Positions 47,953-57,256 of a stretch of DNA of 64,000 nt are shown here, piece after piece. The stretch spans positions 9,096-73,095 of the forward strand of contig JBJXGQ010000160.1 of assembly GCA_046160525.1 (NCBI GenBank). The letters are read 5' to 3'. Each line of letters starts with the position of its first letter. Position 1 is the first letter of the stretch. Source of the stretch: Burkholderiales bacterium (GTDB lineage: Bacteria; Pseudomonadota; Gammaproteobacteria; Burkholderiales; SHXO01). The notes beneath the pieces are model-generated. The model saw only the letters and a list, made by a program, of their open reading frames with translations, searched no databases and had not been told where the DNA came from. Both the position numbers and the translations under genes were made by a program.

Positions 47953-49263
47953 ATGGGATCCGCGCAAATCGCGATCATCGGAGGCGGCTATGCGGGCATG
48001 GCAGCAGCGGTCGAGCTCGCACGGCGGGGCATACCTTCGTGCGTGTTCGAGGCTGGTGCCACGCTAGGAGGGCGGGCGCGCCGGGTGGAGGCAGGTGGCA
48101 CACCCTTGGATAACGGCCTGCACATTCTCATTGGCGCCTATGACGAAACGCAACGGCTTGTATCCATCGTGGGCGATTCCGCCGAAAAGCCAAGACTGCT
48201 ACGAATTCCCCTCGAACTTGGCATTCACTCGCGCTTTAACCTACGCGCGCCACCACTGCCCTGGCCCTTTAATCTCACTCTAGGTTTGCTCTGCGCCTCG
48301 GGAATTGGAGTACGGGACAAGATTCGCATCATTACGATGCTCGCTGCTCTACGCGCACGCCGCTTCTTGTTGAATACGGACATAAGCGTCACGCATTTGC
48401 TCGCCGCCCACCATCAAACCCAAGCGGCGAACCGCTACCTCTGGTATCCACTTTGTATCTCCGCCTTGAACACCGCACCCGAGGAAGCTTCCGCGCAAAT
48501 CTTCTGCAACGTCTTGCGCGACACCTTCAGTTTCCCTGCGAGCAACAGCGATCTGCTTCTCCCCACCACGGATCTGTCGCGGTTGTTCCCCGAGAGTGCC
48601 GCCGAATTCGTAAAAAAGGCAGGGGGCGAGGTGCGCCTGAACAACCGGGTTACCCGTGTCATGTTCAACGAGAAGTCCATGGACATCAGTACCCGGGACG
48701 GAGACGAGAATTTCAAGGCCTGCATTCTGGCGGTGGCGCCCCAGCATCTATGCGCGTTGATTGAAGACACTCCGGCTCTTTCGGAAGTGGCGGCACAAGT
48801 CTTAGCGCTGCAATACCGCCCCATCTATTCGGTGTACCTTGGCTATCCTGAAAATATCCGGCTGCCCAGAGCGATGGTGGGATTGGACGCTACCTATAGC
48901 CAATGGGTGTTCGACCGGGGTGTTCTTTGCGATCAACCCGGAGTTCTCGGCGTGGTGATCTCCGCCGCCGGTGCACACCAGGATCTCGCCAGGGATGAGC
49001 TGGCAAACCGGGTGCATCTGGAACTTCAAGCCGCCTTTCCCTACTTGCCAACACCTCTATGGCACCGCGTCATCGCCGAAAAGCGCGCGACCTTCGCTTG
49101 CACCGTTGGGATCAAGCGGCCCTCTACATCCACTCCCATCCCCGGCCTCTTCCTTGCCGGGGATTATGTGCGCAGCGATTATCCCGCGACCATCGAGGCG
49201 GCCGTGCGTAGCGGCCTTGCGGCAGCTCATCACGCCGCACTGCACTTGGAGAGCAATTCATGA
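47953..49263 (+). CDS. hpnE: Hydroxysqualene dehydroxylase HpnE (FAD-dependent amine-oxidase fold)
   Basis: 436 aa with the dinucleotide fold IAIIGGGYAGMAAAVEL and C-terminal LAGDYVRSDYPATIEAAVRSG. It follows hpnD by 14 nt. Confidence 0.85.
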   Translation: MGSAQIAIIGGGYAGMAAAVELARRGIPSCVFEAGATLGGRARRVEAGGTPLDNGLHILIGAYDETQRLVSIVGDSAEKPRLLRIPLELGIHSRFNLRAPPLPWPFNLTLGLLCASGIGVRDKIRIITMLAALRARRFLLNTDISVTHLLAAHHQTQAANRYLWYPLCISALNTAPEEASAQIFCNVLRDTFSFPASNSDLLLPTTDLSRLFPESAAEFVKKAGGEVRLNNRVTRVMFNEKSMDISTRDGDENFKACILAVAPQHLCALIEDTPALSEVAAQVLALQYRPIYSVYLGYPENIRLPRAMVGLDATYSQWVFDRGVLCDQPGVLGVVISAAGAHQDLARDELANRVHLELQAAFPYLPTPLWHRVIAEKRATFACTVGIKRPSTSTPIPGLFLAGDYVRSDYPATIEAAVRSGLAAAHHAALHLESNS

Positions 49264-50009
49264 TCCGTTCCCTCCTCACCTACCAGGCGCCGCTCGATTT
49301 GCTCGCCGGGCGCGTCATCCTAGTAACCGGCGCGGGCCAAGGTTTAGGCCATGCCGTGGCGCTCGGCGCCGCGCGTTGCGGCGCGACCGTCATACTGCAT
49401 GGCAGGAGTGTGGCCAAGCTGGAGACCCTCTACGACCAAATCATGCGCGAAGGATATCCCGAGCCCATGATCCTGCCCCTTGATCTCGCGCAGGCGAGCG
49501 ACCGGGATTTCGACCAAATGGCGGGCGCGATCGAATCTGAGCTAGGAAGCTTGTCGGGCATCGTTCACTGCGCCGCGGAGTTACTCCCGCCCGCCCCCAT
49601 CGAGCAACAGCGGTTGGACGATTGGATGCGGGTACTGCGGATCAATCTCGCCGCGCCCATGGCGCTGACACGCGCCTGCTCGCGGCTTCTGCGGGCCGCG
49701 CCCAGCGCTTCGGTCATCTTCACCGGAGAGACTCATGGCTTGCATCCGGCGGCCTTTTGGGGCGGGTTTGCCGCGTCCAAGGGCGCCCTGGTGACGCTCA
49801 CCCAAATATTGGCCCAAGAGTGGGAACACCTCCCGAATCTGCGCGCCAACATGCTCGTGCCGGGGAAGATCGATTCACCGCAACGCGGCCAATCCCACCC
49901 GGGAGAGCATGCCACGCAACGCTCGCCATTGTCGTCCGTGTTACCTGCCTATCTGTATCTACTGGGGCAAGACAGCCTGGGTACAACAGGACGCATCTTC
50001 GAGCTATGA
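49260..50009 (+). CDS. SDR family oxidoreductase (YciK-like)
   Basis: ATG 49260 overlaps the hpnE stop (ATGA). Cofactor motif VTGAGQGLG is present, and the catalytic Y-x3-K is replaced here by FAASKGAL. Confidence 0.85.
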   Translation: MIRSLLTYQAPLDLLAGRVILVTGAGQGLGHAVALGAARCGATVILHGRSVAKLETLYDQIMREGYPEPMILPLDLAQASDRDFDQMAGAIESELGSLSGIVHCAAELLPPAPIEQQRLDDWMRVLRINLAAPMALTRACSRLLRAAPSASVIFTGETHGLHPAAFWGGFAASKGALVTLTQILAQEWEHLPNLRANMLVPGKIDSPQRGQSHPGEHATQRSPLSSVLPAYLYLLGQDSLGTTGRIFEL

Positions 50010-50462
50010 ATGGCCGGGTTCCGCGAGAGCGCGCAACCACTCAGGAAGGGGACGCGACTTTCCTTCCTTTAGGTTGATCCAAACCATCATGGCTTCGGCG
50101 GTCGCGTATATGCGCGCGGGGTCGGACTCTTCGTATATCTCGCTGTTCAGGGGGAAACTGCTCTTCCTCACGGGCCCCAGATGGAGCGTTATGCAAAGAT
50201 TGGCGGGATAGACGATGGGGATGCGATAACGGCAGGTGATGCTCCCCAGGACGGGACCCTCGGCGTGGGTTCTATAGTCCACCTGCATGCTGTCGAACCA
50301 AGAGATGCGCGCCTGCTCAAGGCAGCGCAGATACACCGTGTTGTTCATGTGCCCCAGGGCATCCATGTCCGCCCAGCGCATGCGGAATTTCTCCACGTGT
50401 ACCAACTTTCCGCGCGATTCCATATCCACTTTGGTAGTCACTTCAGTAAAAGACGATAACAT
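50004..50462 (-). CDS. Acyl-CoA thioesterase, YbgC/4HBT family
   Basis: FRMRWADMDALGHMNNTVYLRCLEQARISWF is the hot-dog thioesterase motif. The start is uncertain (ATG 50462 or 50423). The track start 50591 would overlap the divergent ETF-QO gene. Confidence 0.8.
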   Translation of the reverse strand: MLSSFTEVTTKVDMESRGKLVHVEKFRMRWADMDALGHMNNTVYLRCLEQARISWFDSMQVDYRTHAEGPVLGSITCRYRIPIVYPANLCITLHLGPVRKSSFPLNSEIYEESDPARIYATAEAMMVWINLKEGKSRPLPEWLRALAEPGHS

Positions 50463-50508
50463 CGCAAAGTCTAACAGCCCAACCTTCCCGTAAGAAAAGG
50501 AGCACAGC

Positions 50509-52152
50509 TTGGCGCAACGCGAATCCATGGAATACGACGTCGTGATTGTTGGCGCGGGGCCGGCGGGCCTTGCAGCCGCCATCCGGCTCAAGCAACTCGC
50601 CTCCCAGCATCAACATGAAGCCAGTGTCTGTATCTTGGAAAAAGGCTCGGAGGTGGGTGCCCATATTCTGAGTGGAGCGGTGATGGACCCGCGCGCCTTG
50701 GCCGAACTTCTCCCGGACTGGAAAGCGCAAGGGGCTCCGCTTCTAACACCCGTTTGCGAGGACCGCTTTTTATTCTTGAGCGAAAGCAGCGCCTTCAAAA
50801 CTCCCAACTGGATGCTACCGGCTTGCTTCCAGAACCACGGTAACTACGTCACCAGCCTCGCAAACCTGTGCCGGTGGCTGGCCACTCAAGCAGAGGGCTT
50901 GGGTGTGGAGATTTTTCCCGGTTTCGCGGCGGCCGAAGTGTTGTACGACCAGCGCGGGCGCGTCAAAGGCGTTGCCACGGGCGACATGGGGATCGGCAAG
51001 GATGGCAAACCCACGGGCGCGCATCAACCCGGCATGGAACTCCTCGCCAAATACACTTTCTTCGCCGAGGGCTGCCGCGGCCATCTAGGCAAACAGATTC
51101 AAAAGCGCTTTCACTTGGCTGATGATCGCGACCCGCAGGTCTACGGTATCGGACTGAAGGAACTCTGGGAGATCAAGCCCGAAAAACACGTGCCGGGCTT
51201 GGTGATTCACACAGCGGGCTGGCCTTTGCAACAGGATACCTACGGCGGTTCGTTTCTGTATCACATGGAGAACAATCTGGTCTCCATCGGATTCGTGGTC
51301 GGCCTGGGATATAGCAATCCCTACTTGAATCCCTACGAAGAGTTTCAACGCTACAAGACACATCCAAGCATTCGCGGCTATCTCGAAGGCGGCAAGCGGC
51401 TCGCCTATGGCGCAAGAGCCATCACTGCCGGTGGCTTGCAGTCCTTACCCGAGATCGTCTTCCCAGGCGGGTGCCTGATAGGAGACGACGCGGGCTTTCT
51501 CAACGCATCGCGCATCAAGGGAAGTCACGCCGCCATCAAATCCGGCATGCTGGCCGCGGATGCCGCCTTCGAGGCGTTGAAAGACGGGCGCTCCCACGAC
51601 GAACTCGCCGCCTATCCCGAGGAATTTCGCAAGAGCTGGTTGCACGATGAGCTGCACCGCGCGCGCAATTTCAAGCCGTGGATGAGCAAGGGTTTGTACT
51701 TGGGCACCTTGATGGTAGGCATTGACCAGATCGTCTTCGGCGGTAAAGCCCCTTGGACTCTTCATCACCGCCATGCCGATCACGAAACCTTGGCCGTTAA
51801 ATCCGCCGCCCGGCCCATCCCCTATCCCAAACCTGACGGCGTGCTTACCTTCGACCGCCTGTCATCGGTGTTCATCTCCAACACCAACCACACGGAAGAC
51901 CAACCGGCCCACCTAACGCTAAGAGATCATAGCGTTCCCGTTGCCGTCAACTTGGAGAAATTCGATGCGCCGGAACAACGCTACTGCCCCGCGGGAGTTT
52001 ATGAAATCGTGAAGGACGAGAGCGGACCGCGCCTGCAAATCAACGCGCAGAACTGCGTGCATTGCAAGACCTGCGACATCAAGGACCCTACCCAGAACAT
52101 CACCTGGGTAACCCCCGAAGGCGGCGGCGGCCCCAACTACCCGAATATGTGA
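50509..52152 (+). CDS. Electron transfer flavoprotein-ubiquinone oxidoreductase
   Basis: TTG start 50509 is preceded by AAGGAG at 6-nt spacing. YDVVIVGAGPAGLAAAIRL and the C-terminal 4Fe-4S region INAQNCVHCKTCDIKDP...PEGGGGPNY are present. Confidence 0.95.
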   Translation: MAQRESMEYDVVIVGAGPAGLAAAIRLKQLASQHQHEASVCILEKGSEVGAHILSGAVMDPRALAELLPDWKAQGAPLLTPVCEDRFLFLSESSAFKTPNWMLPACFQNHGNYVTSLANLCRWLATQAEGLGVEIFPGFAAAEVLYDQRGRVKGVATGDMGIGKDGKPTGAHQPGMELLAKYTFFAEGCRGHLGKQIQKRFHLADDRDPQVYGIGLKELWEIKPEKHVPGLVIHTAGWPLQQDTYGGSFLYHMENNLVSIGFVVGLGYSNPYLNPYEEFQRYKTHPSIRGYLEGGKRLAYGARAITAGGLQSLPEIVFPGGCLIGDDAGFLNASRIKGSHAAIKSGMLAADAAFEALKDGRSHDELAAYPEEFRKSWLHDELHRARNFKPWMSKGLYLGTLMVGIDQIVFGGKAPWTLHHRHADHETLAVKSAARPIPYPKPDGVLTFDRLSSVFISNTNHTEDQPAHLTLRDHSVPVAVNLEKFDAPEQRYCPAGVYEIVKDESGPRLQINAQNCVHCKTCDIKDPTQNITWVTPEGGGGPNYPNM

Positions 52153-53193
52153 CTAAGGCTCTTTTCCGCTTGTGACGGGATAACCTACTTCACGCCAAGT
52201 GGTCATCCCGCCATCGAGGGCAACGGCACGTTGGAATCCCATCTGGTGCAAGGTCGCCGCCGCCAGCGTCGAAATGCGGCCGAAATCGCAGTAGGTCACG
52301 ATACGGCGTGTGGGATCGGGCAACTCCTGGTTCACCCGCAATTCCAATTGTCCGCGCGGCAGCAGGCGCGCCCCCGGAATATGCGCGGCTTCGTAAGCAT
52401 CGCGCTCGCGCACATCGAGCACCGTCAGACTCTCATCGGCCGCTTCCACCCTCGCCTTCAACTCTTCCATGGACATGAAGGGCACCATGGCTCCGGCCTC
52501 CGAGAGCATTTGCGCCACGGTCTTGCCTCCGCTCATGTTGGTCCTCAGCGCCTCGGTGATATGCGAGGGCATCGTGAGATTAAGACTGTTCATCATCTCC
52601 ACGAACTTGGCCCGGTCTCGTTCCCGCAGGCGCGGGTTCTCCGCTAGTTCGCGCCCAATCGTGGAGTGGCCGCGCCCCTTGTAATCGTGGGCCGGATAGA
52701 TGCTCAGCGAAGGGTCCAGCCGGAGCACATGGTTGAACAAGCTGTCGTAGAGGGCTTCGGGATCCCCGCTGGGCAAGTCTGTGCGGCCGGTCCCGCCGAT
52801 GAGCAAAGTATCCCCGGTGAACACACGGTCCTCGGCCACCAGGCACATGGAGTTGTTCGTATGTCCCGGTGTGTGCATCACCTTCAGGCGCAGCTTTCCA
52901 ACAACCAGCATTTCTCCGCCCCCCACGCGCAAATCCACGAAGGGTGCCGGGCTATCCCGGTGCATCACCACCGGCACCTTTAATTGCTGGCCCATTTGCT
53001 GAGTCGCTGAAAAATGATCGGCATGCGTGTGCGTATCGATCAAGTAACGGATGCGCAGGCCGTCACGTGCAGCCAGCGTTAAGTACCGGTCCACTTGGCT
53101 GATCTCGGGATCGATCAGCGCTGCCGCACAGGTATCGGCGCAGCCGATCAGATAGGATTGGCACCCGCCTGTGGCAATTTGCTCGAAGACCAT
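52153..53193 (-). CDS. MBL-fold persulfide dioxygenase (ETHE1-like) fused to a C-terminal rhodanese domain
   Basis: 346 aa with metal motif DTHTHADH plus HTPGHT. The C-terminal rhodanese has the active-site loop YCDFGRIS. Confidence 0.88.
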   Translation of the reverse strand: MVFEQIATGGCQSYLIGCADTCAAALIDPEISQVDRYLTLAARDGLRIRYLIDTHTHADHFSATQQMGQQLKVPVVMHRDSPAPFVDLRVGGGEMLVVGKLRLKVMHTPGHTNNSMCLVAEDRVFTGDTLLIGGTGRTDLPSGDPEALYDSLFNHVLRLDPSLSIYPAHDYKGRGHSTIGRELAENPRLRERDRAKFVEMMNSLNLTMPSHITEALRTNMSGGKTVAQMLSEAGAMVPFMSMEELKARVEAADESLTVLDVRERDAYEAAHIPGARLLPRGQLELRVNQELPDPTRRIVTYCDFGRISTLAAATLHQMGFQRAVALDGGMTTWREVGYPVTSGKEP

Positions 53194-53237
53194 GACTGAA
53201 TCCCTCGGATATTGGCTCGAACCATACTACTGCAAAG

Positions 53238-54830
53238 TTAGGGAAGCGGATCGATCAGGACTCCGGGATTCATCATCCCCGAAGGATCCAGAGATTTCTT
53301 GGCCGCGCGCAATGCCTCCGCGAAAAGCGCGGGCCGCTGCTTGTCGTACCAACGCCGGTGATCGCGTCCCACCGCGTGGTGGTGGGTAATCGTCCCGCCC
53401 AGGGAATTCAACAGATCCGCCGTCGCGCTCTTGATGGCCCAGCACTGCTCCACCAACCGGCTCTTGTCGCCCAAGGCGTGGTAGGTGAAGTACGGAGCCG
53501 GACCATCCGGGTAGACATGGGTGAAGCGGCAACTCACGATGCCTTGACGCCCCGTCACCTCTTTGATGACGCGCACGGTTTCCGCCATGATCTTGCGGTG
53601 AAACTCGGGGAAGCGTTCCCAGGTGATGGCCGTCTCGAAGGTCTCCACAATGATGCCGCGTGGCGTGAGCACCTCGCGGAAGTACGGCATGCGAAGAAAG
53701 GCATCGCGCCACTGCCCTGCCGCGCCTTGCCGTTGCCCGCCCTCCCCCGCGGGTTCGCCATACTCGCCGCCGTGTTCCCGAACGATCTCCAAGGCGCGTT
53801 GTAGGTTGCTTTCTTGCGGCCGGTCCGCGGATTCGAAGTTCAGAACAATGATGCTGCGAGTGCCATCGCCCGCCCCGTTGACGTAGGCCTCCGTGGCGTC
53901 GAGCAGCCGCGTGTTGGCGGGATAAAGATGGGCTTGGCTGATGGCCCGCACACATTGCGCGGCTTGATAAAAATCCTTGAACCGAACACTCGTTCCTGCG
54001 CGGTAAATGGGCCTGGGCCGCAACCGCATCCAGGCCTCGGTGATGATGCCCAACGTGCCTTCGGAACCGATGAACATCCGGTCTGGGCTCGGCCCTGCTC
54101 CTGAACCTGGCAAGCGCAAGGATTCGCACACACCGCGCGGTGTGACCACGCGCAGGCTTTCCACGAAATCGTCGATGTGCGTATAGAGCGTGGCGTAATG
54201 CCCTCCCCCGCGCGTGGCGATCCAGCCGCCCAGAGTGGAGTACTCGAAGGATTGCGGAAAATGCCGCAGCGTCAAGCCGCTTGGTTTGAGTTGCGATTCC
54301 AGTGCCGGGCCGTAGATACCACCTTGAATGCGCGCAGCCTGCGATTGGCTGTCGATTTCCAATACGCGATTGAAGTGTTGCAAGTCTACGGTCACCACGG
54401 GGCGATCTGACTTTGGAGGCTCGACTCCCGCCACCACGCTGGAGCCCCCGCCCCAGGGAATCACGATGGCATTCTTCGATGCGCACCAATCCAACGTGGC
54501 AATCAGTTCGGCTTCCGTGCGAGGAAAAGAGACGATGTCGGGCGGATTGGAAAAATCTCGCGCGAATATGCGCGCGCTGTCGAAGAACGAGCGGCCGTAA
54601 CTATGCAACAGCCTTTCGTAGTGGCCAGTGGAACACACGGCACGCAAACTGTCCGGCGGCGCTAGGCGCGCGGGCCGTAGGCTGATGTCTTCGGCACGTG
54701 GAGCGGGCGTGACCTCGAAGCCACTTACGCTGAAGTGTTTGGCGTAGGCTCCTTCGAGCAGAGCAATCTCTTGTGCGCTTGCCCCATCTCCCTCCAGGCC
54801 CCAGCCCCAAAACTTGCGCCTAGCGGCCAT
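53238..54830 (-). CDS. FAD-linked oxidase, alkyldihydroxyacetonephosphate-synthase-like
   Basis: Start at ATG 54830; MAARRKFWGWGLEG is the ADPS-type WGWG N-terminus. The PCMH FAD domain IVIPWGGGSSVV is present. The track start 54959 overlaps the upstream DUF2147 gene. Confidence 0.85.
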   Translation of the reverse strand: MAARRKFWGWGLEGDGASAQEIALLEGAYAKHFSVSGFEVTPAPRAEDISLRPARLAPPDSLRAVCSTGHYERLLHSYGRSFFDSARIFARDFSNPPDIVSFPRTEAELIATLDWCASKNAIVIPWGGGSSVVAGVEPPKSDRPVVTVDLQHFNRVLEIDSQSQAARIQGGIYGPALESQLKPSGLTLRHFPQSFEYSTLGGWIATRGGGHYATLYTHIDDFVESLRVVTPRGVCESLRLPGSGAGPSPDRMFIGSEGTLGIITEAWMRLRPRPIYRAGTSVRFKDFYQAAQCVRAISQAHLYPANTRLLDATEAYVNGAGDGTRSIIVLNFESADRPQESNLQRALEIVREHGGEYGEPAGEGGQRQGAAGQWRDAFLRMPYFREVLTPRGIIVETFETAITWERFPEFHRKIMAETVRVIKEVTGRQGIVSCRFTHVYPDGPAPYFTYHALGDKSRLVEQCWAIKSATADLLNSLGGTITHHHAVGRDHRRWYDKQRPALFAEALRAAKKSLDPSGMMNPGVLIDPLP

Positions 54831-54840
54831 GGTAGGCTTG

Positions 54841-55278
54841 CTAGTCCTCGCGCAACCAGACCTGCGAGCGGCCGATGAGGGAAACCCCGATATAGCCTCG
54901 CACTTCCAGCTTTTTGCCTTGTTCGATGAGTTTGAGTTTGCAGCGGTAGGTCTTGCCATTGTTGGGATCCATGATCTGGCCGCCGGCGTATTCGCTATCG
55001 CTCTTCTTCTTAAGACCCCACAGGATGGCCATGCCGATCACGGGTTTGTCTTTGCGATCGCCCTCGCATTTCTTGCACAGATGAGCGGGATCGTCGCCAG
55101 GCCGGTCGATGATCTTTTCCACCACGCCTTGGAGCTCGCCATTGACTACGGAGACACGGATGAAGGAGCGCTCCTTACCGGTCTCATCGTCGATCGTGCG
55201 CCAAAGCCCCTCGGGGCTCTGCGAGGCCCCGGCCATCACGGACCATAGGAACCCCACTGCCAGCAGCCAGTGTTTCAT
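54841..55278 (-). CDS. DUF2147 domain-containing exported protein
   Basis: 145 aa with a signal peptide, then GLWRTIDDETGKERSFIRVSVVNGELQGVVEKII and NGKTYRCKLKL, typical of DUF2147. Confidence 0.8.
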   Translation of the reverse strand: MKHWLLAVGFLWSVMAGASQSPEGLWRTIDDETGKERSFIRVSVVNGELQGVVEKIIDRPGDDPAHLCKKCEGDRKDKPVIGMAILWGLKKKSDSEYAGGQIMDPNNGKTYRCKLKLIEQGKKLEVRGYIGVSLIGRSQVWLRED

Positions 55279-55319
55279 GGTGCCTCCTCCCCGTTATTGG
55301 TGGAGGCATTCTAGATCAA

Positions 55320-55718
55320 CTAGTAGCGCGTATCGTTCTCCAAGGCGGCCGCTTGGTACGAGGTCCAACCTGTTTTCCATCGCGAACTGCCGCAGTTTTC
55401 CGAGGCACCGTCGAGAGCCGCCTGGTGCACACTGGATTCGTAGCGGGGATCGGACACCATGGTGAACAAGGCGTGCTTGCCGCGTTCGCTCAGATGAGCG
55501 GCGAGAAATCGCAAGGAGAATTGTTTGAAGCGTGCCGAATCTTCCTCGCTCGCCCATCCGCATAAGGCCGCGGTATCGGCCAGCCAATAGAGCTGGGTAA
55601 TCTCTTGGGCGGCGGATTCGATTCGGTATTCAGCGGAATCTTGGGCCAGTGCCGTGACGGGAAGAAACATCAAGGCCGCGAGGCCTAGGGCACGGCGAAC
55701 ATAGAGCGAAGGGCACAT
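55320..55718 (-). CDS. Hypothetical exported protein
   Basis: 132 aa. ATG 55718 is preceded by AAGGAGG. The signal peptide ends TALAQD. I recognise no family. Confidence 0.6.
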   Translation of the reverse strand: MCPSLYVRRALGLAALMFLPVTALAQDSAEYRIESAAQEITQLYWLADTAALCGWASEEDSARFKQFSLRFLAAHLSERGKHALFTMVSDPRYESSVHQAALDGASENCGSSRWKTGWTSYQAAALENDTRY

Positions 55719-55827
55719 GGAACCTCCTTGTGAGAGGACGGCCGGGACTTGATTGCCAGGGCCTATTTCTCACTACGGCAGCCTTCCCAATCCCTTGAGC
55801 CAGGATTTGCCTCGCGGCAGTGCAGCA

Positions 55828-57252
55828 CTAGTGCGGCAGCGCGCGCACCGCTTTGCCAGGCACCGCGCCCGCCACGGGCTGCCCCTCGCGCACGACAAAT
55901 TCGCCCGAGACCAAAACATGCCGCATGCCTTCGGGGTATTCCGCCGGCGACTCGAATGTTGCGCGATCAGTGAGGCGCTGGGCATCGAACACCACGATGT
56001 CGGCATCGGCACCCACCTGTAACCGGCCCTTGCGCCGCATCGGCGGGACACGCGCTTCGAGCCGTTGCGCTGGCATCAAGGTCATCTTGCGCAGCCCCTC
56101 CATGAGCGTTAATAGATTCTGATCCCGTGCGTAGCGCCCCAAGGTGCGCGAGAAAGTCCCCGCCGAGCGCGGATGGCTGCTCCGGCCCGTGACGTCAAAG
56201 CCGTCGCTGGCGATCATGGTCAGTGGATGTGCGATTGCGGTGCGAATCACATCCTCCGTATTGGCGTGGATAAACACCAGGCCGCCTTGCTTGCGGTAGC
56301 GTAGGAAGCTCTCGCGCGTCAAACGCTCGCCCGTGAGCGCCCATTGCAGCTTGCGATATTCAGCCTCCGGCTTGTCCATCCAACTGTCGAACAGGAAAGA
56401 CTCGATGCGCGTGGCCCCGGCCGTATAGGGGTAGCACTCCGTTGAAATGTCCACCCCGCGCTGGCGCGCATCGCTGATGATGTCCAGCATGCGCCCGGTG
56501 GATTGCTGCCCGCTGCTATTGATATGGGCAACATGCACCGGCGCGCCGCTGGTCGCACTGTGCGCGATAACTTCCAGCAAACCTTGCTCGCGGTCGGCGC
56601 TGCCCGCGCTGGACGCGCCGCGAATGTGCACGAAGGCGGCCGCGTTGTAGCGAGCGGCGATACGAAACATTTCGAGAATTTCCCAGTGCGAGGCAGCCGG
56701 CGTATAGGCCAAGCCGAACCCCACGCCCACGGCGCCGCGTTGCAGCCCTTTCTCGATACGCTGCTTGATCAACGCCAACTCTTCTGAATCCGCAGCCCTG
56801 CGAGCCGCATCCCCAGAGGGCAAGAAATCCCCTGGATCCGCCATCACGGCCATGCGCACCGGGGCATGGCCGACTGCCACGCCGTAGTGGATAGGCATCT
56901 TGCCATCGCGTTCGCTGTACCAACGATCCACATCGGCCACACCCACCTCCAACTCGAAAGTGGCCGTCACTCCATCCATGGCTTCGTAGTAATTGCTCTG
57001 CGGGTTGGTACCGTGCCAATGCAAGTTGATGAACCCCGGTGCCACCACCAAGCCCCTCGCATCCACGATGGTTTTGGCCGCCATGGGAACCTCGCTGATT
57101 TCAGCAATGACGCCTTGCCGGATGCCGATATGCCTTACGGCATCGAGCCCCGTCTGCGGATCCATCACCCGCCCGTGATTGATGGCGAGGTCAAAATCCT
57201 CCGCATGGGCCACCGCCATCAGAAAAACCGCGCTCAGAAAAATTTTCCACAT
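55828..57252 (-). CDS. N-acyl-D-amino-acid deacylase (D-aminoacylase) family amidohydrolase, exported
   Basis: Start at ATG 57252; MWKIFLSAVFLMAVAHAEDFDL is a signal peptide. GLVVAPGFINLHWHG is the amidohydrolase HxH metal site. It begins 4 nt after the upstream gene's stop. Confidence 0.88.
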   Translation of the reverse strand: MWKIFLSAVFLMAVAHAEDFDLAINHGRVMDPQTGLDAVRHIGIRQGVIAEISEVPMAAKTIVDARGLVVAPGFINLHWHGTNPQSNYYEAMDGVTATFELEVGVADVDRWYSERDGKMPIHYGVAVGHAPVRMAVMADPGDFLPSGDAARRAADSEELALIKQRIEKGLQRGAVGVGFGLAYTPAASHWEILEMFRIAARYNAAAFVHIRGASSAGSADREQGLLEVIAHSATSGAPVHVAHINSSGQQSTGRMLDIISDARQRGVDISTECYPYTAGATRIESFLFDSWMDKPEAEYRKLQWALTGERLTRESFLRYRKQGGLVFIHANTEDVIRTAIAHPLTMIASDGFDVTGRSSHPRSAGTFSRTLGRYARDQNLLTLMEGLRKMTLMPAQRLEARVPPMRRKGRLQVGADADIVVFDAQRLTDRATFESPAEYPEGMRHVLVSGEFVVREGQPVAGAVPGKAVRALPH

Positions 57253-57256
57253 GAGA

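Noticed and set aside
46065-50600. A tRNA-Leu-flanked genomic island containing hpnCDE.
   Set aside because: The cluster abuts the 5' end of the tRNA, not the 3' end that integrases target. I saw no integrase, no duplicated tRNA 3' segment and no compositional break.
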